Positions 1 through 8,084 of a stretch of 12,881 nucleotides of DNA are shown in pieces (positions within the stretch are counted from its first letter, which is position 1; every line of letters starts with the position of its first letter). The notes under the pieces are model-generated. The model saw nothing but the letters and a program-made list of their open reading frames with translations, searched no databases and was not told where the DNA came from. This DNA is from Paraphysomonas bandaiensis (taxonomy: Eukaryota > Protista > Chrysophyceae), in assembly GCA_965644295.1 (NCBI GenBank), contig CBFFRP010000637.1, forward strand, positions 1-12,881, written 5' to 3'. Both the position numbers and the translations under genes were made by a program.

Positions 1-1321
1 ATTACAATTATTGTACAAAATAAGATATGTCAAAGTAGAGTTTGGTGCACAAATATTTGTATGATGGTTGTTGATTACTTTTCAGATTCAGTTGTCAAAA
101 CGGGTTATAAGACACTTACGGTTTTCAGTTGTGTGTGTCTTCTTGAAAAGGTTGTACGAGAGATTTGAGACAATATTATGGTATTATTACATTGGTTGAA
201 AAGATTTGAGAAGTTTGGAGTCTTGATATTTCAAAAGCGGAGCATGTTCGATTGTTCAAACTTGATTTATTTGTTCGATATTCGGAATGTGTGAACTTCT
301 TGTTGTTCATGTTTAAAATTCGAGATTCGAGGTTGTATATTATGGAATTAAAGAAGTGTGATTGTGAATAATATGGAAAGTATTATTCTTGGTGTTTCTT
401 TGGTGGGTAATTCTTAATTTTGATGCAAAGTTCTACATTCAAAGTTACAACGGTGTCAGTAATGTTGATGATGAGTTCAAGTGTTGAAATCAAGTTGAGG
501 AGTTGTTGGAGTGAATTTTCTTGTAATGTTTGGAGAGTGCTTTGAGTTGATTTTCAACTTACGAATATGATTTTGTGTTAGAATGTTGCAAGAATCAAAT
601 CTTTGAATTGAGTTTACGAGAGTTGATGAGTCTATATTAAGTTCCGGATGATGAATTGAGTCGATGTGAAGTTTGTGCAGTTAAGGTTGTTAATATTATG
701 GATTAAAATTCAGAATAGTGGAGTGATTAAGTTCCTTTTGTGAACTCGCTTCTATTGTTTATGATGAATGAAATAAGAGTTTTACAACGTTGTTGTAGTA
801 TGTCTGGTTACAACAAGGTTTATGCTAAGACTTGCTCAACTTGGCTGTTACGAGTATTTGGTGGAATGTTATTCAGTCCTAAGGTTAGTGTCTCTCTGAT
901 TTACTTCGGACTTGTATTCACGGATATTCAATTGTGTCTAATGGCGGGTGAAATGAACAAGTGTTTGAGTTGAAGCGTATTTCCTGCAATTGAATTGCGT
1001 GAAGGTTATGATGATCAAATACTTGTGGTTAATGTCATTGAGTGCGGAATCTATTTACATGACCATTAGTGGCTCTACGTAATTCTCATTTGGTTATATA
1101 CTGGATATATAAGGCAAAGGTTAATCCAAAATCTTATGAGCATTTGAGAATTCAGTATCTTTTAATTTCACTGTGGTATTCTATTTAACTACAAGTGAAT
1201 TCTGTGGTTGAAGCGAGGATGCAATTTGTCATGTTAAGTTTTTCCTGACTTGAACTACAGAGATTGATGTTAAGGCGTTATCCGAGGGCTTATCTTGCTA
1301 TTGTGTGGATGGTATTAGTTT
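1..1321. other. Degenerate or low-quality G/T-rich, C-poor sequence, possibly the decayed upstream pol region of the adjacent gypsy element
   Basis: No credible ORF or motif. Hand count over 1-240 gives 22 C versus 54 G, and no CC dinucleotide occurs before position 644. It grades into recognisable integrase sequence at ~1350. Confidence 0.3.
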
Positions 1322-2105
1322 TTGAATCTACTGCTATTATTGGTCTTCGTGAGTGCTGAGTTCTATGAGGAGTTTCTATTGAAGTGGTTTGAAGTTCGAT
1401 TTCGAGGGTCATTAACTAATCGTCATGAGTCTAATATGGTCGAGCGATCTCATCGAGAGCTGTTGCGATTTCTACAGGGTTTAGTCCACGATGAGAGGTT
1501 GCAAGATTCATGGGGGGATATTGAGTGTTACATGTTGATTCAGTTCATTTTGAATGATGAAGTCAGTAGTGAGACTGGACTCTCTCCTTTTCAATATGTG
1601 TTTGGTACCGTTGATATTCCATATTTTCGTTTGGGTGAACTGACTATGGATGAATCTTCTGCTGCGGGTTATGTGTCTATTTTGAATGAGAACTTACAGA
1701 AGATTCGAGCGGTTGCCATGGATGTTCAGCGCAAAATCCAAGACAAGCGCAAGTCTGCCACGCCTACACACACTTTGAATGAATATCAGCCTGGTGATTT
1801 AGTTTTGTTGCGGCTGGATCCAACTCAGCATAAGCCCAATAAATTGTACCCTCGTTTCAAAGGTCCTTACGAAGTGGTTTCCACGTATAAGGCTGATGTC
1901 ACATGCATTCATGTTGTGATGCGTTTTGAAGTTGTGCTGCACATGTCATGGCTCAAACCGTTCTTTGGTACGCCCGAGCAGGCATATCGTGTTGCGCAAA
2001 TTGATTTTAACCAGTATACTGTGGTTGCTGTGATTGCATACCGAGGAGATCCGGAGGTTCGTTCTCGAATGGAATTCCAAGTTCAGTTTGAGGATGGTTC
2101 GTTAT
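1322..2105 (+). mobile_element. Ty3/gypsy (chromovirus-like) LTR retrotransposon fragment: integrase C-terminal core, GPY/F module and truncated chromodomain
   Basis: ORF 1322-2269 contains HESNxVER (catalytic E helix), TGLSPF, YQPGDLVLL, KLYPRFKGPYEVV (GPY/F) and HMSWLKPF, then chromodomain-like YTVVAVIAYRGDP...MEFQVQFEDGS. Similarity ends after EDGS (~2105). The TTG start is not real and the first two catalytic Asp residues are not recognisable. Confidence 0.88.
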
Positions 2106-2567
2106 TAGCCACGTGGTCACACCAATTCATCGAGTACCCCTCACATCCGGCACCATTGCTCGAAATCCCTACATTGAATTTTCATCATGAAGATCTTAAA
2201 AGGTTTGTATACAGATGGACTCTCACATATATGAGTGCTGTGCAATTCCTACGACTTGTTTTTGAATAATGTCTGATTTGTGTTCTTTCAGTGACTTCTT
2301 TGCATGACTTCAAAAGCATACGAGAAGAGAACCGACAAGACGCCATAGACAAGCTCCAGGCAGCTAAATTTGCAAAAGTACAGTCGAAAGACAGTTATGG
2401 ATCTGATGTTGACCTCAATAATGGTTTTAATTGGTTCAAGGTTGCGCAGTTATGCAGTGTGAACCTGCACTGTTGAGAGCAAAATATATCTCGAAGAATG
2501 CTCCTCAGGAAGCTACTTTTGTCTATCTATGCGTTTATACAGATTTCTGTCGAGGAGTGGTCTTCAG

Positions 2568-2621
2568 GTAACTCTTTTCTGTCGGAGCATATGTATTTAT
2601 GATGAAATGTCTGTCTTTTAG
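2568..2621 (+). other. Putative 54-nt spliceosomal intron
   Basis: CAG|GTAACT...TCTGTCTTTTAG, AT-rich. Removal preserves frame +1. Confidence 0.5.
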
Positions 2622-3085
2622 AGCCAAGGACAAGTGAGAAAGAGGGTTAGACCCCAGTCGTAGCTATACTGGCCATACCGCGTGGACGGACGAAAGCGGT
2701 GCGGCCATCATGTCCGACGTGAGCTATGATGCCACTGCAACTGGGAACTCGTTCACTTCTGCGTCCGGCGGGGTTTTGTTAAGACACTGACCAGTGTAGG
2801 GGCTGTCAACAAGCAGGAGAGGGCAACTTCCTTAAGGATCCCAAGGAGCCCTATATAAGTATTTGAATATGGTTTCCCCTCGTATCGAGCCAAAGCCTTC
2901 CGCAATCAATGCGCGAAGGCAGGAGGGCATCCGTGAGGCCTTCAATTTCGTATCCAGCGTAGCCATAGTAGGCGCCGTCTTAGGGGTATCATCCGAAAAT
3001 CCTCAAGACAACCGATTTTTGCCCTGGAACAAGTCCAATTCAGACACTCACAACATTATGCTAGGGTTTCAGAAGCAGTGCAAAG

Positions 3086-3137
3086 GTATGTATCGTTGGC
3101 GATTTGTGGTTACTTTATTTACAAAATTTTATCACAG
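3086..3137 (+). other. Putative 52-nt spliceosomal intron
   Basis: AAG|GTATGT...TTTTATCACAG, AT-rich. Removal joins ORF 2863 to a CxxC...HxCxxC exon. Confidence 0.6.
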
Positions 3138-3389
3138 ACTATGAAGGAATTAATGAAAAGAAGCGTCCTCTCTGTCGCGATTGTCAAGAAGGAGAAGAAG
3201 ACACGATCCGTAAAGTATACAGCCACCATGAGTGCAGAGTCTGCCCTACTTAGTCATATTGTAGTAATCCGGGGACGCTAAACAAGGATTTGAAGTGCTT
3301 CAACTTTGACATGAATGGATGGGTGCAGAGTATTATTTTCCGTCCTGCACACAGGAAGAAACAGCATACTGAGAGCAAAACTACAGATG

Positions 3390-3826
3390 ATGATGTTATA
3401 TTATCTTGAGATTGTAAATTTGCGACATCAGTTTGCAAATTCGGTATATTAATTAAGTTTATATCTTGAAGAGCATCAAGACCTTCAAAACTTGCTGTCA
3501 ATGTGTTCAATTGTGATTGTATAGTTTCATTGGTATTTATACCGTCTAATGTTTGTTTGTATTTCATTTTCAGTCAGGTTTAATAATCTTGTGTTCATAT
3601 CTAACAACATATTATTTTTTGAATCTGTAAAGGCCACTGTTTGGGGTTCATTATTTATGGTTAAGTTATTACCATTCAAGATTTCAACGTTCGCTGTAAA
3701 TTTAGCATTGTGTAATCTTGCATATTCCGCCATATTTAGTATTACTCTTGCTGTTTCAATCTGTTTATGATTTTCTGCATTGAAAATAGCGTTGTTGCTT
3801 GTTTTCGGCTTTGTATAAATTGACAT
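3390..3826 (-). pseudogene. Frameshifted, C-terminally truncated fibre/spike-like viral protein (ORFs 3527-3826 and 3250-3567 joined)
   Basis: MSIYTKP...AIFN N-terminus, YARLHNAKFTANV and NEPQTVAFTD fibre-like motifs, then coiled-coil-like IQSQLNTL...LQTDVANLQ. The frameshift falls in CAAACAAACA at ~3550-3559. Sequence character changes after DNIT at ~3390. Confidence 0.5.
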
Positions 3827-3995
3827 CTATATATAATATAGCATTACATTATTATATTCTATATTTAAATTAGTATTTAAGGTTTTATAAGTTTTTACTG
3901 AAACTGAGGGATTTTCTTACTACATACATACAAGAGCATATTCGCCATTATATCACTACAACTACATTCCAGAGCTTAAAGCATGAGCATCGCCA

Positions 3996-4182
3996 TTATT
4001 ATAAAAAAGTAATATAGATAACAAAGTAGATTTAATAAGTAGTTTTTATGGTAGAATCCCGGAGTTTTATAATCTTTACAAATTTTAATTATGTTTATTT
4101 TATTTTTTTCCCTCCCCCGACTTCTACCATGAACACTACCTTATAAATCTACTTTACTATCTATATTACTTTTTTATTATAA
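3996..4182. repeat. Imperfect inverted repeat with ~61-bp arms (3996-4056 and 4122-4182) and 65-bp spacer
   Basis: Left arm TTATTATAAAAAAGTAATATAGATAACAAAGTAGATTTAATAAGTAGTTTTTATGGTAGAA; reverse complement of right arm TTATAATAAAAAAGTAATATAGATAGTAAAGTAGATTTATAAGGTAGTGTTCATGGTAGAA. Perfect 20-bp core at 4001-4020 / 4158-4177. Confidence 0.92.
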
Positions 4183-4183
4183 C

Positions 4184-4249
4184 AATATAAATAATATATA
4201 AAGTAATTAATTTTACTATAAGAATATAAATAATATATAAAGTAATTAA
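4184..4249 (+). repeat. Perfect 27-bp AT-rich direct repeat, two copies, period 39, plus a degenerate third copy to ~4276
   Basis: AATATAAATAATATATAAAGTAATTAA at 4184-4210 and 4223-4249. Confidence 0.92.
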
Positions 4250-4292
4250 GTTATTAATAATAAGATATAAAGTTAAACTAGCAAGGAGAGAT

Positions 4293-4322
4293 AATTACAA
4301 CCGCAAGCTTGCGGTTGTAATT
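4293..4322. repeat. Perfect 30-bp palindrome
   Basis: AATTACAACCGCAAGCTTGCGGTTGTAATT equals its own reverse complement. It is followed by palindrome CTCTCGAGAG (4328-4337) and hairpin ACCCCC-TT-GGGGGT (4343-4356). Confidence 0.97.
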
Positions 4323-4821
4323 GGAAACTCTCGAGAGAGAAGACCCCCTTGGGGGTTTGGGGGTTAAAAGGCTTGTCCTTGTCTCCTCTCTTCGTTTTTT
4401 TTGATTAAAGATTAAAGCAAGGCAGATTAAAGCGACCTTGGGTTTAAGCACTTAAAACTCTCGTACCTCTAAACGCTAAGCAACACATCGCCATTAAAAG
4501 CAAAAAGCAGGGGGCAGAAGGGAGATTATTTGATATTAAGGGTCCGGGCGGATTCCGGATAATACCTATTATGTATGCATGAGAGAAGTAGCTAGTGCGT
4601 AGTACAAAGTTGCTTATTAGTTGACTCACAAGAGTTGTGTATACCATATAATATAACTTGCTATTCTTACGTGTGACAGTATTGAGTAGACAACGTCACT
4701 AGCATGATAGATATGAGATACACATATACAGGTCACTGTGGACCCCTCAGCCGCAGGCAGGCAGGTGCACTTGCTGTGATGATGATGGCACAAGACTTAA
4801 AAGGCACTGTCACAAATACTG

Positions 4822-6495
4822 CTATAGTTCCTTCTCATTCGCGAAATCGCTCGAATAATCGCTGGGAATATGCCAGACCTCATAACCATTTTCCAGCGCC
4901 GCATTCATTAGGATCTTCTTGTCGTCCTCGGCTACTTCGAATCGTGCGCTTTGTGCCAGCGACGGCAATGGGATGAGAACTAACCTCAGCAGCGATACCT
5001 TGTCGACGGGAAGTTTAATCTTGTCCAATAACTGCTTCAAAGCACTCCCCTTGATAATCTTCTTTGGGGACTTGTTTCTGGTGACCTGAAACATAACCAA
5101 TTCCCCCTGCTCCGTCTTGTACATGTATTCAGCCAATGGAAAGGTCGGATTCGAAGACACGTAGAGCACCAGTGGCCGCATTTCCTCGAACGGAGGAGGG
5201 TGCCGCTTAACCGCTTCATTCAACCTCAACGAGAAATCGGACCATTCACTTACCTTCCCCTCTGAGCTGGCCATCACTTCCCGTTTTCTCCATCGCACGC
5301 CAAGAGCAGATGTCAATTGATCCGCAATGACACTTTCATAGATCTTAGCAGATGCATCCGCCATAAATCCTGTCTCGTCATTTCGAATCAGCGCTGATCT
5401 CCTGTCGTCCAGAGAGCTCTTGTTAAGCTTATCTTGAACTTGAGATGCGACGGATTCGTTCACGAAGTTCAAACGATATTCGCAAAAGGGGAATTTGCCA
5501 TCCCTGTCCACGTCATAATGCATGATGAAATGACTGACGTCCGCATTCTCAACATTGCCGGAGACCAGGAGTGCATGTGCATTACACGAAGCAAGTGCCT
5601 CGGACTGACTACGTTGACACATACGAAGGTAAGTGAGAGATACCGGCAGCACATGGCGGAAAATACCCCCAAATCGGCGAAAGCGCTTCGTGATCTGCTC
5701 AGAAGAATACTCTGGCTGCAGCAACTTCGGCACATGCTCGTTCTCCAGCAAATACTTTCCAATCGCAAGCAACTCCGGAAGAGTGAAAACAGGCATGTAC
5801 AGTGCTGCTCCTCCGTTCTTGCAGAATTCCTTATATCGGGCCGGATTCGGAGATACGGTGGCCAAAGTGGGAATGCGAAGGCGTTCAAAATGGGGTTCCA
5901 CCACAGCTTTACCAGGTTCCATCAAATATAATGACGTTTCTGGATCAAAACAGTCTAGAAGTGTATCTAGACAACCAACAACTCTCTCTGCTTGGCGATT
6001 GGCAATGTCGAATATAGTCATGGTAGCAGTGCCCACCTGGCGGATGACTATCTTCGGCGGGGTGGTGGAGTCGTAGCAGTCAGGAGGAAGGGGCCCGAAC
6101 AAAGACGGATTCAGTATTCGAGCCAGGTAATAATACTGGAAAAAGGATTTGCCAATCCCAGGGTTTCCAATGAGAACACTTCTGTCATTTTTCCTTATTT
6201 CTCTCAACAAGTCAGGATAAAACTCCCTTACAAACAACTTCTGTGGGCCCAAGCATTTCCATGGCACTCCCAACTTGTTATTAATATGAATTACATCGAT
6301 GCCATCCCCAATGGGATCAACTCGGCAGTTCGCCAAGCCCTCGAGGAAATCGGACTGGTCGTCGCTGGCTTCCGGGGAGAACTTACCCAGGTTCCCCTTG
6401 ATGAGGTTGGTGTCAATGGAAAGAAATCGACAAGACTTATTGCGTCGACAAGCTAATGCCAGCGTACTGCGCGGGGTGGTTCTGAGCTTCATCAT
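4822..6495 (-). CDS. Crinkler/RHS (retrotransposon hot spot)-family protein: P-loop NTPase plus C-terminal PD-(D/E)xK restriction-endonuclease-like domain, with a predicted mitochondrial presequence
   Basis: Intact 557-aa ORF. NTPase motifs: LFVREFY, Walker A LIGNPGIGKS (GNPGIGKS at 6145-6168), Walker B-like LYLMEPG, TVSPNPARYKEFCK, LYMPVFTLPEL, RFRRFGGIFRHVL, SHFIMH. Nuclease region: KIYES...LYVSSNPTFPLAEY...LVMFQVT (FQVT at 5080-5091). Order and spacing match the CR-NTPase + CR-REase architecture. Confidence 0.85.
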   Translation of the reverse strand: MMKLRTTPRSTLALACRRNKSCRFLSIDTNLIKGNLGKFSPEASDDQSDFLEGLANCRVDPIGDGIDVIHINNKLGVPWKCLGPQKLFVREFYPDLLREIRKNDRSVLIGNPGIGKSFFQYYYLARILNPSLFGPLPPDCYDSTTPPKIVIRQVGTATMTIFDIANRQAERVVGCLDTLLDCFDPETSLYLMEPGKAVVEPHFERLRIPTLATVSPNPARYKEFCKNGGAALYMPVFTLPELLAIGKYLLENEHVPKLLQPEYSSEQITKRFRRFGGIFRHVLPVSLTYLRMCQRSQSEALASCNAHALLVSGNVENADVSHFIMHYDVDRDGKFPFCEYRLNFVNESVASQVQDKLNKSSLDDRRSALIRNDETGFMADASAKIYESVIADQLTSALGVRWRKREVMASSEGKVSEWSDFSLRLNEAVKRHPPPFEEMRPLVLYVSSNPTFPLAEYMYKTEQGELVMFQVTRNKSPKKIIKGSALKQLLDKIKLPVDKVSLLRLVLIPLPSLAQSARFEVAEDDKKILMNAALENGYEVWHIPSDYSSDFANEKEL

Positions 6496-6534
6496 TCAGC
6501 TCGCATTGTTCAGTAGATGGATGTTTGTTTCTTC

Positions 6535-6887
6535 TGTTGATGAGATGCTGCGAAGAGAAATCAGACGTTCTTTTCTGTAAAATGTGGAAGGTACCGCAGA
6601 GAAAAAACACGGTACTCGGTCGGAAGTCACGGATACTACAGATCAATAAACGGACGGAATACCCCCGTTGCCTTTTCACACAGTCTACACTACAGGTAGT
6701 CAAAAGCAAGGTTCTCTTTGCAGTTTCTACAGAACTCGTTAGTAAGAGAAAATTATACTTCTAGTCTACAGCCGTACACAACACACTGCATAACATAACA
6801 CCATACACCTCTATGTGCTCTATGCATATCTTATACAGTCACTTCAAGTACTAAACTGAAAAGAACATCCTCTTATTTCTCTACGCA
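6535..6887 (-). repeat. Candidate 3' LTR of the copia element (left boundary is a guess)
   Basis: Begins directly after the PPT on the minus strand (TGCGTAGAGAAAT...). The end is unknown; TCATCAACA ending at ~6535 is one possible CA terminus. No second LTR is in the window for confirmation. Confidence 0.35.
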
Positions 6888-6895
6888 CCCCTGTG
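6886..6895 (-). promoter_or_regulatory. Copia polypurine tract / LTR junction
   Basis: CACAGGGGTG lies a few nt after the RNase H stop codon, the usual position of a copia PPT. Confidence 0.65.
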
Positions 6896-6901
6896 ATGTG
6901 T

Positions 6902-7054
6902 CTATGCTTCTCCGACGATACGACACATCAAATGACGAAACAATTTTCCTTGTAGGGGTTTAGTCAGCACATCAGCCAACATCTCTCCTGTAGGTAAGTA
7001 CTGAAGCTCCACGTCTCCCCTATCATGGTGTTCTTTGACTAAAGCCTGCCTTAC
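6902..7054 (-). mobile_element. Ty1/copia retrotransposon fragment: RNase H C-terminus
   Basis: Manual translation VRQALVKEHHDRGDVELQYLPTGEMLADVLTKPLQGKLFRHLMCRIVGEA* contains the copia signature YxPTxEMxADxLTKPL. Not in the ORF track. Confidence 0.93.
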
Positions 7055-7941
7055 TCATACTGAGTTGCCAATTCTACAAATGCATTGATGTAAGTACAAT
7101 GCATATCTGAAGAAGTGTGGGGGATATTAGCAAAAAATGTGTTCCATGCTGGAATCTTCTCTTCATCCATTCGATGTGAGAGAAGTGTGAGTATACTCCT
7201 CTCCACAGCCCCCATAACCTCAACACAGTTCTTTCGCATATCTTGTCGAACTGTATGCCGAAACCTTTCAATAATACTGGACCTTGTCAGCGGAAATGGC
7301 AACGATGGACAAGGCAACATGAACTGCTGCGTGTCTCCACTGACGTAACTAATATAGTACTGCCAGTGTTGACGCTTTCCTTTCAATGCAACAGGAGTAC
7401 AAGTGCCACTTATAGGAAAGCCATGTCTAAGTGGGTCAGAAGGATGAGCAAATATCTCCTTCCAATTTCCACATGGATAGGCCGGCGCCGGTCTCGGAAA
7501 CCAAGCTTCCGAACCATGATTCAAGTTGTCGTAATAAGTGACATAAGGTGATACACCTTCATCATCCGTGACAATTCGAATTGAGTGCGCAGTTGTCAAT
7601 CCGTGCATGTCATAGTTGTTTCGTTCGTACTCCGGAAACATTGCAATGTAATCTGTGGCCCCAATGATTCGCTCCACTTCTGTAAATCCTGAAGATTTGC
7701 TTCGGAATGCACTCTTCACCGCATCAGCGAAATCTTCAAAAGTCTGGAGATTTTTCGTGGAGATAATATAAGACCCAGCAATTCCAATGTCACCATCCCC
7801 ATCAGTGTGTGAGTGTCCTCGAACCAGATATGACAACTTTACTTTGCGGCAAATACCAAGCAAAGGAAGACAGCAAAGCGCAGCGATTAATACGTTTGAC
7901 TTATTTGGACTGGCATTATCCATTTGAATATAAATAGATCT
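7051..7941 (-). pseudogene. Truncated DUF7869/Sola1-like DDD transposase-fold ORF
   Basis: The frame extends upstream of the annotated Met: RSIYIQMDNASPNKSN...KVKLSYLVRGHSHTDGDG, matching the LYxQxDNxxxxNKN...FLxxGHTHxDxD pattern. The N-terminal part is replaced by the LINE 3' end. The stop codon coincides with the junction to copia sequence. Confidence 0.72.
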
Positions 7942-8084
7942 GATTATTACATGAGAGAACTTGTTGCATTTATCTAGCTATTACTTTAGACTAATTGTAA
8001 CACAAAATATGAAATGCTCAGTTATCTCGGGACTGCTTGTGCATTGCTGCAAGCACCTTGGTGCAACCATCCCTTGTTTTAGGT

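Larger units (their letters stand above)
2106..3390 (+). pseudogene. Decayed spliced gene with weak tyrosine-recombinase (Crypton-like) motifs and a C-terminal Cys/His cluster
   Basis: Frame +1 reads CEPALLRAKYISK (2458-2496) and GLDPSRSYTGHTAWTDESGAAIMSD (2644-2718), resembling the YR YTGHxxRRxxAT motif. Splicing 3086-3137 joins ...QKQCK to DYEGINEKKRPLCRDCQ...HHECRVCPT. Several in-frame stops are present and both ends are uncertain. Confidence 0.35.
3390..4560. mobile_element. AT-rich island, probable fragment (terminal region) of an endogenous Polinton-like virus/virophage-type element
   Basis: GC drops sharply relative to both flanks. It carries an intronless Asn/Thr/Ile-rich gene with a TATA-rich stretch abutting the ATG, and a long structured non-coding region. 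No capsid, packaging ATPase or polymerase gene is in the window. Boundaries are approximate. Confidence 0.5.

Noticed and set aside
740-973. 77-aa ORF
   Set aside because: GTG start, no motifs, and it lies in degenerate C-poor sequence.
3250-3389. Hydrophobic C-terminus of ORF 3250-3567 as a membrane anchor
   Set aside because: It is read-through across the junction into the antisense strand of the neighbouring pseudogene.
4351-4365. Telomeric repeat (GGGGGTTT GGGGGTT)
   Set aside because: Only two copies, and the first is part of a hairpin.
3900-4460. CRISPR-like array
   Set aside because: Repeats occur only 2-3 times, with irregular spacing, no repeat-spacer periodicity and no cas genes, in a eukaryotic context.
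6688-6710. CACTACAGG as a CACTA or Tc1-like transposon end
   Set aside because: No matching inverted partner or TSD found in the window.
5037-6764. Overlapping alternative-frame and antisense ORFs over and beside the CRN gene
   Set aside because: Shadow ORFs with no recognisable motifs; the 557-aa frame explains the region.
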